The notes under the pieces are model-generated. The model was not told the DNA's origin. It saw only the letters and a program-made list of their open reading frames with translations, and made no database searches. 64,000 nt of DNA from Amoebidium appalachense (lineage: Eukaryota > Protista > Ichthyosporea), in the NCBI GenBank assembly GCA_963693365.1, contig CAVNZM010000013.1, forward strand, positions 893,817 to 957,816, given 5' to 3'. Made by a program: the position numbers and the translations under genes. Shown here piece by piece: positions 45,500-64,000 of this stretch. The first letter of the stretch is position 1. Each line of letters starts with the position of its first letter.

Positions 45500-46672
45500 A
45501 CACACACACACGCGCGCACGCGCGCGCGCGCGCACGCGCGCGCACCTGCCCATCCAGCCCGCCATGTCTACCCCCTCCCCACCATCACCTCCCCCCCCTT
45601 CTTCCCCCCCCTCCCCCCCCCCCCCCCCTCTTCCCCTCCAAACATCCCCCGCTACACATTCGGCACCCTCCCACATTTTCACACTTCCTCAAATTTCGCC
45701 TCTCACCCGGGCTAACCCCCCCCCCCCCCCCCCCCAACCCAACCCCACTCCCCCCCCCCCCCCCTCCCCCTCCATCCCCCTGCCTCCCCTTTCCCCCGTA
45801 CCCCCAACCCGTTTCCCCCAACGGCTCGGTGTGTCATGCCATATCCGTATGGTGGGGTGTGTGGGTGCGTCTCTGGTGCCATATGATCGCAAGGTCACTT
45901 AGGTCAGCTGATCACTAGCCAATCACGTTCCTTGCTTGCATACCATATATGGGTGATCTTATATGGTATAATCCTTCTATTCCGTTACTACGGGACATTA
46001 TTGCTGGCGAAATGTGAGCATGCGGTCACGAATCAGTTAACCTGTCCGAGCTATGTTTCCTACTGGTCTAGGGTATATCTATGATGTTCTTTTCAGTTTA
46101 TAATCTTCACCTGTTGTGATAACGTCATCTCACAATTATGATATACCGTCGTGCCTCAGGTTGGGTATTATGCATATGCATATATTCGAATTCCTTGAGT
46201 TAGGAATTTTATATCAGCCTCTAAATAAACAATGCAGGAAAAAATTATAGCACTCCGACGGTTGAATAACGGTTTTTGGTATATCCGATTGGATATCTGG
46301 TGAAGTCACCTCAGCGACTATCTCCTTGTGTCTATGGCAATGGTAGTGTATATTCATTCTTAGCCCTGTCTGATGCCCTGATCCAAATATTACGGATATA
46401 TATATATCATACGCCATGATATCCGCATACATATCATCCCAGTGACAAAAGATTCAGCGGTCGAGTAAACGGGGCCCAAAATACACCGATAATGTCCGCG
46501 CGGTAACACCATTGGCCAAATATAGAAATTTGGGCGGGAAGTTTTTGCGCACCAAAAAAACTTTTTTGTTAAAACTATAAAAAAAAGTAGGAATATGGGA
46601 CCGAATTCCTCAATCTCAACTTCCACATCTGCTTTACGTCATTTTTTGGCTGCACGTGCACAGCCACCGGGG

Positions 46673-46711
<39 letters not shown>

Positions 46712-46735
46712 ACACACACACACACACACGAACAC

Positions 46736-46807
<72 letters not shown>

Positions 46808-46883
46808 ACACGCACACGTGCGCGCGCACCCATCCACACACACACACACATGAACACGCACACACACACACACACCACAATCA

Positions 46884-46984
<101 letters not shown>

Positions 46985-47146
46985 TGCATGCACGGGCATG
47001 AACCACACACACATAAAACCGTTAGTGCCCTCTCATTTTGGTAAAATCCATCCTCCCTCCCTCCCCCCCTCCCCCCTCCCCCCCCCCCCCCCCCCCCCCC
47101 CCGCGCCCCCCCCCCCCCCCCTCCCCCCCCCCTCCCCCCCCCCCCT

Positions 47147-47178
<32 letters not shown>

Positions 47179-47857
47179 CCCTCTCCCCCCCCCCCCCCCC
47201 CCCCCCGCCATTTCCCCATCAATCCAGAGTGTGTTTGCTCTGTGCCGGCCTCCCGTTACCTGCAGGCATCCTTATCCATAAACCTTTATTTGAGTCACTG
47301 TGGCACATTGAATGTCACAGTGCCGCCCACTTTTGGAAACTGCCAAACATGCGCATATAATGATGTATAAACGTGTACTCCAAACTTCACCCTCTCCGTT
47401 CCTCCTATATGTGCACTTCAACCTCCCCCCCCTCCCCCCCCCCCCCCCCCCCCCCCCCCACACCTCCCCCTCCTCCCCCCCCCCCCCTCTCCCCCGCACA
47501 ACACCCCCTCATTGTCCTGATGAAACCATCACATTGAAATAATTACTCATCCCCTCCAATGATCCCCCCCTCCCTCCCTCCACCCCCTCTCCCCCCTTCC
47601 CCCGCGCCCCCTCCCCTCCCCTCCTCCACTTGCTCGCACACACCCCCACCACACACCTGCCACCTCTCCCCCTTCCCCCTCCCCCCTCCCCTCCATCTTT
47701 CCCCTTCCCCCCCCCCCCCCCTCCTCCCCCTCCCTCATCTCTTCCCTCTCCCCCCCCCCCCCCTCTTCCCCTCCCCTCCCCCCCGCTCTACCTACCCTTT
47801 CTATCCCAAACCCCACCCATCCACCCACCAGGCGTCCTCCTCCTGCCCTCCCTTTTA

Positions 47858-47892
<35 letters not shown>

Positions 47893-48686
47893 CCCCCTCC
47901 CCCTCCCCCCCCACACACACACGCGCGCGTGCGCGCGCCCCCGACTAACTGTTTGTATATATGTGAGGGCATGTCTCCGGTACCATTTATTTGGCTCAGC
48001 TGGTCATTAGCCAATCATATTCCTCCCTGCATACGTGGTGTTTTAATCGCCAAATATCTCTTATCCGTTAATACAACCTTGTGACACGGCAGACAAGCAA
48101 AGCTCAATGAATGTAATAAAATGTTATTCAGCTATGGGTCCACAAAACCGACACGGGGGGCTTTATATCAAACAGGCTATAAAAAAAATAAAAAAAATAT
48201 ATCATTGGCAATCAAGAATCTAAAGGCGTAGGACCCAGTTGACAAAAACTGGATAATTTTAGGGTCTATTATGCCAGGCTTCCATTTTAACCAATAAGAT
48301 GTGGAACCTCAGCATCCGATGTATTCATTGGAAGTCTGCCACGGTCATTTTTGGGTTTCACAATCATTCCAACCCCCTCCCCCCCCCCCCCCCCCCCCCC
48401 CCCTTTCCCCCTCCCCCCCCCCCTCCCCCCCCGTCTTCCCCTCCCCCCCCCCCCCCCCCCTCCTCCTCCCCCCTCCCCCCAAACCTCCCCTCCCCCCCCT
48501 CCTCCTTTTCTCCGTCCACTTTATCTACTCTTGCACCCCAGATTATCCCTTCATACCTACTCAGTCCCTCCCCACCCCCCACTTTACATCCCCCTCCCCC
48601 TCCCCCTCCCCCTCCCCTCCCCCCACCTTCTGTACTCCAACCTTGGCTCCCACCCCCCCCCCCCCCTCCCCCCCCCCCCCCCCCCC

Positions 48687-48718
<32 letters not shown>

Positions 48719-50059
48719 CCATCTTCCCCCCCCCCCTCCCCCCCCGCCTCCCCCCCGTCCCCGCCCCAAAGCTCAGCTTCCATAGAAAATCTTATCAGGC
48801 TTTGACAATCAACCGAGGCACCATTTCAGCCGAGTTCCGGAGCCATTTTAGGCCTCCATTTTGGACTTCCTCCCTAAAACCAACCACCGCTTCTCCCATT
48901 TTAGCGTCTGGGCGCTGACCAGCTGAGAGCCACATTTCTCAAATGCATCTCACCAATCAAGGGACTCAATCAAACTGTGTCACATTGCCGATGTCGACAT
49001 ACGACAGATCCCAGCTTCCCTTGTTAAAGCGAGAATGTGGCTCGCCCGCCAGCGGCAAAAATGGGAGTAGCAGTGGTTGCTTTAAGCCTCCATTTTGGAC
49101 TTCCTCCCTTAATATAGCTTCCCCCTTCCAGGCAAGTTGTTCGACCGCAACTCACGGTTTACATGTTCTGTTGAAGTCGAACATAATAAGCACCCCCCCA
49201 CCCCCCCCCTCCCCCCGTCCCCCCCGTTCTGTGGCCGGTACGCACCCCAAAAAACGGTGCGATGAATAAATGAGACTTAAACACCATATAAAACAAAAGT
49301 GAGCTCATTTTCAAAAGATAGAACGTTTTCGGTAAATGTGCATTGCTTAGCAAGTGCTCCCTTCAGGGAATGATAGTGCTATTGTTCTTTTTGTCTATTT
49401 GAAATATCATAGTAACTGGGATAACACTATTGTGGGCTGGGTGGGGTAACGGTTGTTTTTCTGTTTTTCTTGCTGTCTGGTTTGCGTTGTCTCTGATATC
49501 TTGTCTGTAAGATTTGTGGTTCTAGCGCTGCCAGTGGCCGTGTAGTAGTAAAAATTAATCAGAGGTGTTTTTTACAAGATGTACATGTGATGCGTATGAG
49601 ACACATGTTGTGTTTTCGGATTGGCCGGAGGGAGCGGCCAACAAGGTGCAATGGTCCCGTTTCTTGCTACTCCCCCCTTCTTTTTCTGTCATACCTGCCC
49701 ATTTATAAGATACTTTTTGGGCTGTATGTTTCGAGTCTTATCTCCTTTTAAAGATCAGTCGCAAACGATGCGACTGTGACACTGAAACCTTGTGCAAGCA
49801 AACTATTGGTTATTGTCACTCAGGAATTCGCAGTCCAGTAGTTTGGTTGGTTAGAAATCAGCATTTTAGAAACCTCTTACACTGTGTCTTTTCTCCTCAT
49901 GATCCTTCATGGTTTTTCATTCTTCCGGTATACAGCCGGTTGCTAATAAACGTGCCCATGTACATGTGCGGTGTGTGTGTATGTGCACGCACACGCCTCT
50001 GGGTAAACTATGCGCGCGCGCGTGTGTATTTCTTTTTCTTTTTCTTTTCTTTCTTTCTT

Positions 50060-50090
<31 letters not shown>

Positions 50091-52967
50091 GATGGCTGTG
50101 CGTGCGTGGGGATGTACACGTCAGAACCGTGAGCATTCTCTTTTTGCTCTCTTTTATGCGTGCACGTGTGTGTGGGGGGGAAGATAGAGGGGGGGGGGGG
50201 GGGGGGGAGCGGGGAGGGGGGGGGGGGGGGGAGGGGGAAAGAAAATCTGATTTGAAAGATAGGAGTTTGCAGGGTTGCTAGGACCAGGGGCCTCGGACCC
50301 TGGGGGGGAAGGAGGTGAGGGTTGGAGGAAGGGGGGAGGGGGAGGGGAACATTTTTTTTTCCTTTGGGGGCAGGGGGGGGGGGGAGGAAGGGGGGGGGGG
50401 GGGGGGAGGGTCGAGGGGAATTATGGGGGTGAGGGGGGGGGGGGGGGGGGGAGGGGGAGAGGGGGTTGGGGGGGGGGGAAGGGGGGGTGTTAAATAAATT
50501 CAACACGAAATCCTCGGAACTTGATATGTTGGCACAAGATGTATTATAATAGTCTTAACGTGAATTTGTGCATTTGTGGGTGGTTGGCTTGAATGTGGAT
50601 TCAATTTTTTGCCCCACAGCGCATGTTCATATGCGCGTGTGCGTGTACAAGTGTGTGTGTGCCATGCGCGTACACGTGTGTGCATGCATGCCTGGCTCAC
50701 GGTGTGTATGTGTGTATGTATTGTAAACATGGTTGTGTATATTGTCGGACGGACTACGGGAGTCGCGCCCTGTAGTTAGTCGCGCGTACTGGCCAATCAA
50801 AATGGTTGGTCAGGAAGCGGCTGTCGTCCCACAATCGCATGGCGAACTGCCCCTGGGTAGGGCGGCAGTCTCGGCTAGATATGATCAGATTGGAAACATG
50901 CCTGGATCCAGTTTTGTGGGTGCCGAGGTTAGTCCGATCTATCGGTTTTAATCTCTTTTCTTCCTCTCTTCCTCAATATATCCGTTTTAAGGTGACTATC
51001 CTAGATCACCTTATTAATGCTGCACAGTATGATATTGTGATCCGGTGCCTTAACTTTCTTTCGGAGCTACCGATGCTAGCCTCTGCTTACCCATAATATG
51101 TAATAGGGTTGTCATATACTACGATGGCGCTCATTGTTGCCTAGCATGTACATATGTCACTGGCTGCATGTGATTGGCTGCGCTGGAAAACGCAGTAGGC
51201 CGTCGAATGTGGATGGGCAACGGGCAGTGTCCACGCAATAAAACGTGTGTAAACCCCTTGACACAATCCATACGATCAGTGTCTGCCTACGCTATGATAC
51301 ACAACCAAGTTTTCAGTGTGCGCGTGGGGGTGTACGTGTAATTATAGGTGTGTGTGTGTGTGTGTGTCTGTGTGTGGGGGTGGGTGTAGGTGTGCGTTGT
51401 GTGCGTGCGTGAAATTCTGTGTGCGTCACGGTGTGTGTGTTGGAGGAGGGAGGGGTGGGCGTGGGTGACTGTGCGAGTATTCAAAAACATGCCAGAGAGG
51501 GTGCATCACCCGCCGGGATGGATATCTGCATGATGTGCGTCTTGTACATGTGCATGATGTCATTATGCGTACAGTGGTGTGTGTGTCTGTTGATCACTGT
51601 TGTACCATGAATATACTTCTGGATATGTGTGCATAAAATATGGATGGCATACTGTCCTGGTGTGCGTGTAGGCATGTGCTTGCGTTTCCGTGCATCATGC
51701 GTGCCAGTGGGGCTCAGAGCCGCTGAAACAGAGATTTCCGGGAGCCTGGGCTTTTGCCCCCACGTAGCCCCACGCACGACTTGTGAGTCCGGGAGTGACG
51801 CGCGTTGTGTTTACTACGCACAGTCGGAACTGGGTCATAACAAAAGGCTCAAAATGTCACTGTAACTTGAAGCATAGTAGGATTTTCCAAAAACGGTTTC
51901 AAATTCACGGCGAGAAGTTATTCTTTGGTTAGACAAAGGTTTTTTCTCTTTTCTTTTTTTGGCAGAGAAATATTCGAGAATCTACAACAGCTGTTAATGT
52001 TATGCACTGAATGACTTATGATTGGTAGATAGCAGTTTACCGCACAGCCAATCAAAGGGATAACCAGTTATCACGCTAGATGAACACATTGGGGGATCCT
52101 TAGCGTAAATTAAATAAATTGCTGAGATCCAAAAATAAGAGTTATAAGACGAATCAAATTTAGCAATGCAAAATAGCTAAGCGGCCACAAACATGTAATT
52201 TGCCCTCTAATGTCTTAGCATGGTTTTATATTCAACTTAAGAATAGAAAACTAGTTAGTTTTGAGCTAAATTGGAAAAAACATTTTGTGTAGAACGCACT
52301 TGGATCCAGGACACTTGGACTTCCAAGCAGGCTCTGTGGGGACTAGAGGTCAGTTCCCCAAGGCCCCGAGTCGGCGAAGTGGGAATGGGGCACCGGGGGT
52401 TCTCAAAAAACGGATGAGAAGCAGGGACAAAAGATTTAAAATAATATTAAGTTCTATATAAGAAATAGACGTAAATGTGTCATCACACAACAAAGAGCTT
52501 TGCATGTTTGCAGAACACAGCGTCCGAACGATCACCGTCATCCTATTCACGTAGCCACAACATCCCCACATGTAGCCACCTGCGCTTTTGTGATTGGTTG
52601 TTAGTTTCTGATTTGCTTTTTTAATCACTGTGTTTCCATTGGTTAACAGTTAGGGTTCTACCCGTCGTTCTACCGTAGAACCGAAGCTGGGCGAGGGCCC
52701 TCGCCGAGGGGTCGTTCTTATTATTGTAAGCAATATTGACACAAAGAATGTATTTATCACAGTAAAATAATAAACTATATTTTATTTAGAGATTTATAAA
52801 AGTTATAGAAAATCAACCTAATTAACAGTCATTTCTTATAAACTAGAGACTCGCGTTTAACGATTTTCTGAGCTCGAGGTACGTACGGTTGTGGTAACGG
52901 CGTAATGCACAATTTTCATTGAACAAAGATCATGTTTTATAACCACCGCACCGAAAAAGCAAGCAGG

Positions 52968-52974
52968 TATAAAA
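52968..52974 (+). promoter_or_regulatory. Candidate TATA box for the ATP-grasp gene
   Basis: TATAAAA about 165 bp upstream of ATG 53138. Confidence 0.35.
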
Positions 52975-53137
52975 TGATGCCTCTACCCGGTTTTCCATCA
53001 TTCGCGGCAGTTGTACCCACCCAAAAGTCAGACTCGCCACAACTGCAGACATCGAAAAAAAACTTAAACAAAACACAGACGTCAACATTGTTTACAATAT
53101 ACAAACACACAAAAGGTTTTTAAATTAGTTTTCAAAT

Positions 53138-54586
53138 ATGGATTCCCTTCTCGCCGCCAACCGCGCCGACGAGGTCACACAGGCCGCACGCTATGAAGCA
53201 TTCAAGGGGAAAAACCTTCTCTACCTCACCGCCTACTACACCGCCCCGCACTACGAAGCCGCCGGCAGGGACAACTTCAAGCAGATCCACGCAACGGGTG
53301 TCAACATTTGGGTTTGCCTTGATCCTACCCTGGAGGCGGACCGCGTTATGGCGGAGAAAATGGAGCAAGAAGGGTTTTTGAAGAACGGTGGTGTTGTTTT
53401 CGCCGAACAGTCCGAGTCGGAGAAAGCTGTCGATAACATCATCGCTTCTGTTGAGAAATTGGGCGTTAAACTGGACGCTGTTTTCGGCGGCGCCGACCAC
53501 GTACAGCCCATCGCCGCGGCTATTGCAGAGCGCCTGGGTCTCCCTGGAAACTCGGTCGAGTCCTACACGATCGCCCGCAACAAGTATCTCTCCCGTGACG
53601 CGTGCGAGCGTGCGGGCGTCGCTTCGCCCAAGTACCACAAGATTGAGAACGAGGGTGATTTGGAGGTCGCGGCTGCCAAGGTTGGATTTCCGATGGTGCT
53701 AAAACCGCAGAGCGGCGCGGGGTCTTTGGGTGTTTACCCGTGCCACAACATGACGGAACTCCGCACGGCGTATTCGAAAGTCGTGGAGGAGATCAAGACA
53801 AACCGCATGTTCACGTGGCAGGGAGCGCCTGGGGTTTTGGTTGAACAGTTTATCGATGGGGATGAATTTGACGTCGACCTCCTTTTCTGGGATGGGAAGT
53901 GTGTCTTTGGCTCCGTGACTGACAATTGGCCCACGGATAGCACCGGTTACTACCTCGAAACAGGTGCAAACACTCCCACAGTCTACCCGGCCGATAAGCG
54001 TCAGGAGTTGATCGATTACGCGATTTCGGTCGTCAAGGCGATGAAATTCCGCCAGGGTTGCTTCCACGTTGAGTGCAAGTACTCTCACATCCACAACCGC
54101 CCGCTGTTGATCGAAGTGAACGCCCGCATGGGCGGGCAGTGTATTCGCCACTTCAACAAGGAGGTTTACGGGGTGGACCTATGGGACAACTTCATGATGA
54201 CGTCATTGGGTATCCCTATTAACCCTCCCCGCGTTGAGAATCCCACCGTCGCGTGCGTGCATTACGACATTTGTGCTCCAAAAACCGGTGTTCTTGTTCA
54301 CGAGCGTTTCCTCGATCACATCAAGGCCCACCCGCAGGTGACAATGTGCAAGGTCACGAGGACGGCCGGGTCCAAAATTCAGGGTTTCGATACCGGAATT
54401 CCGGAATGGGTGGGGACTTTCCAGATGCGTTCTGAAGACGGAAACGTCCACGAGTTGATTGATTTGGTTAAGTCTATGCTCGACTCCATCGATATTCCGA
54501 TTGTGCCCGAGGGTGCGGAGAAGACGACGGAAACCGCCACCGCGGATGTCCAATCAGTGGAGACTGCCGCCGTCGATGCTGCCTAA
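53138..54586 (+). CDS. ATP-grasp amino-acid ligase (carnosine synthase / L-amino-acid ligase-like), single exon, 482 aa
   Basis: ARNKYLSR, GFPMVLKPQSGAGSLGV, VLVEQFIDGDEFDVDL, VTDNWPT..YLETG, FHVE and LIEVNARMGG motifs. The DVDL..DN.PT..F/Y.ET pattern resembles the recalled CARNS1 C-terminal ATP-grasp domain. Confidence 0.9.
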   Translation: MDSLLAANRADEVTQAARYEAFKGKNLLYLTAYYTAPHYEAAGRDNFKQIHATGVNIWVCLDPTLEADRVMAEKMEQEGFLKNGGVVFAEQSESEKAVDNIIASVEKLGVKLDAVFGGADHVQPIAAAIAERLGLPGNSVESYTIARNKYLSRDACERAGVASPKYHKIENEGDLEVAAAKVGFPMVLKPQSGAGSLGVYPCHNMTELRTAYSKVVEEIKTNRMFTWQGAPGVLVEQFIDGDEFDVDLLFWDGKCVFGSVTDNWPTDSTGYYLETGANTPTVYPADKRQELIDYAISVVKAMKFRQGCFHVECKYSHIHNRPLLIEVNARMGGQCIRHFNKEVYGVDLWDNFMMTSLGIPINPPRVENPTVACVHYDICAPKTGVLVHERFLDHIKAHPQVTMCKVTRTAGSKIQGFDTGIPEWVGTFQMRSEDGNVHELIDLVKSMLDSIDIPIVPEGAEKTTETATADVQSVETAAVDAA

Positions 54587-55988
54587 AAATATGCGCTAAT
54601 TTGCGTACAAGATTATCTATGAATGACTTGCTTTAAAAATATAAGTAACTGTTGTTATATTTTTTTGTATGGATACTAGAATATGCATTAGGGTCTGCCC
54701 ATCTACATGCGGCTGACTGACAAACAAAACGAACTGCAACCTCATGCATGCTGTGTGTGTACATTATTCGTTTATTTTAAATCTATAGAGATCTCCTGTT
54801 CTTCCCCCTTGTTTTTGTTCTTTGATGAATAATCTCGTCATCACATGCATTTTCCTAAAATGGTAGTTAGTATGCTGAATTTGCTATCAGATGACTGGTT
54901 GCTCGTAAAGCAAATTTACTAATACGACGAAAAAACCAAAATAACGTTTGCAATCATGTACATATCATTCATGACTCTTCCGCATGATGAATAAATACTA
55001 CAATTTAAAATTAAACTACATGCATATGAAAACTGTGGGACACCAGAAACTTTGAAACCGTGCATAAATGTTGACAGAACCGAACATTACACTTGAAACG
55101 AATTCCTGTGCGCCAGGTGGTGTTTGGGGGGGGGGGGGGGGGGGGGGGGTAGAAAGGAGCCCATTATCCCCCCCCTCCTTCTCCTCCTCTGGGCCTTCGC
55201 CACCACCACCGCCACACACATAAGCAAATCCTTCCCCCCCCCCCCCCCCCACCATAACCACCACACATGTACACACAAAATCATCCCCCCCCTCCCCCCC
55301 CCCCCCCCCTTCTCTCTAGATCTCCCCCTCCCTCCCCCCTCCTCTCCCATTCCCCCACCCCACCCCACCCCACCCCACCACCACCACCTTACATGCAAAC
55401 ACACCCAGTCATGTGTACACACGCCCACCACCACCATGGCCACAACACACTTGTGCAAGTGCCAAGGCCTCCTAAAAGTAAACAAAGTGCGCGCACATAT
55501 GCTCACATGCACACATACTAACCGTATTCACATACATGCAGGGGCGTGCACACACACACACCGGCACACACAAGAACACACACGTCACACACAGACACAT
55601 ACACACACATGCATACAGTGTGACGCACACACACACACACATGCACACACACACACACACACACAGACACATACACACACGCACACACACACACATGCAT
55701 ACAATGTGACACACACACACACACACGCCGCAGTAGCGCACACAAACACATGCACACGCGCGCACATACACATAAGCGCACAAATATGCACACGCGCACG
55801 CACACACACATACACCCACACCCACACAAACACACCCGGCGTAAACGTATGCCTGCAGGCCACACACACGCATGCGCACATGCACATACACCCACACAAA
55901 CACAAACGTGTGCATGCAAGCACACACCCAGACACACACATGCATCCACAAACTCGATCCGTGCGCACTTGCGCCCACAGAAGTAGTG

Positions 55989-56035
<47 letters not shown>

Positions 56036-57102
56036 AACACAAATAAATAGCACCCATCCGAACATACGTGCACATCCGTGGGAATGCAGATGCTATAATA
56101 CCTTGCACGTGCAACCACAACCACAAACAGGTGTGGCCGTACGTACAGTCTCGTGAACCCACCTACACGTGCACATCACAGAATGCACAAACCAAAAACA
56201 TGCTTTGGTTTAAATTTACAGTTTATTTAACTTTAAAGATTGCACAACCATATGTATTTTATTTAGTTTTCTTCCCCACTATAGCTATATACACATGCAC
56301 TTCAGGACATTTATCTCACCACCAAAAAACCGGATCTGTACAAGTTGGATCCACATGGGCTGGTGCACCAACATTGTTTTCTTGTTCATCAAGGCCCTTC
56401 GATCCAGGGAGATTTATCGTAATCGGAAAAACAGGGAACATAACAACAAGAGAAGTTTCAAAGATTTAAACACACGAGCGATCGGCTAGACATTACCCAA
56501 ATAGTGTTTATGGAAAAAACCCAAAATATTTGCGTATCAAAAATACAAAACACCCGATATTGATCAAACAATACTGAGACATGCACCGAACCACCGAGGC
56601 ACACCCATGCACATTATCATGATAAATGACGATTGCGATGCTTGGAAATTCCACTCAAGAAAACATCAAAAACTCTGCGACACACTTCTTTCATCATTCA
56701 TACAACTCCCTCCTCCCCCTTCCTACCTGTTCCCCCGAACCCATCAACCAAAAGCCAAACAAAAAAAAAAAAAAAAACCAAAAACATAGGGGCTCATGTA
56801 ACCGCAATTACAAAAAAAACGAAAGCGTAAAACAAACACGAGGAAAGATCACGCAAACCACCTGATTAGACTGTTCATCATGAGGTATCATACGGGTGTA
56901 GGGAAAGTCCTAAAAGCGTAAAACTATCGGAACTACCGGATAGTTTGCGCCTATCAGCATGAAATTTACAGCACACGTTTCGGGTGCAGGGGATATCACA
57001 CAAAATCGTAGTACCAGCATTGGAAATTATCCGACAATTACGACGTACGGTTGTAGGGCATGTCCTAAAATCCTAAACCAAACACATGAAATTTCACGTC
57101 GA

Positions 57103-63523
<6,421 letters not shown>

Positions 63524-64000
63524 GTTTTGGGGTAGCACCAACTGTGTGTTTTGATAAAATGTGAGAATGAATACGTTTTTGCTCACGATCTTTGCACCCA
63601 TTTCTTTTTTTCCTCTATATATATGTAGATATATATATATATATATATATATAAGGGGCGGGGCGGGGGGGGGGGGGGGGGGGGGGAGAGAGAGAGATAA
63701 GAACCAACTGCGTGTATTTTGGTTTTTGGTTGCATGTGAGAATGAATACTTTTACTCACGCTCGCGCCAATTCGCGCCAATTCTGCCTCCTAAAAAAAAC
63801 AGGACCAAGAGAGAAATACGAGAGACAGGCCGGGGGGTAAAGAGGTAACGGGAGACTGGGTAGGGTTAGGGGGTTTGGTGAGGAGAGGTGGGGGGGGGGG
63901 GCGGGAGAAGAAAATCAGGGGGGGGGGGGGGGGGGGAAGAGAGAGAAAAAGGGGGAGGGTGTTCAACTCAGTCATGCTCCCTAACACCTTAACCTTTCTC

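Noticed and set aside
47515-47545. Hammerhead ribozyme core (CTGATGA...GAAA)
   Set aside because: No convincing stems I-III.

Overview
Eukaryotic nuclear DNA from an intron-rich, microsatellite-saturated genome ((CA)n/(TG)n, long G/C homopolymers, (GA)n). The gene content fits an opisthokont or other unicellular eukaryote, but the taxon cannot be fixed from this window. Almost all ORF-track entries are translated repeats. Manual splicing gives four spliced genes: a CLASRP/SFRS16-type splicing factor (-, runs off the left edge), CtIP/RBBP8 (-), an ECI2-like enoyl-CoA isomerase (+) and a RING+RAWUL RING1-like protein (-). Four genes appear intronless: two head-to-head paralogous secreted Cys-rich repeat proteins, a large C2H2 zinc-finger protein (apparently frameshifted near its 5' end) and an ATP-grasp (carnosine-synthase-like) ligase. 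Main observations: a textbook U12-type AT-AC intron in CLASRP; 3' splice sites abutting long (CA)n tracts with no pyrimidine tract; the inverted pair of CPPGQxWDxKYxxCC-repeat proteins; an array of near-identical spaced zinc fingers; a degenerate duplicate of ECI2 exon 1; and five intronic copies of an exon tail in the RING1-like gene. All family assignments come from recalled motifs, not database searches.
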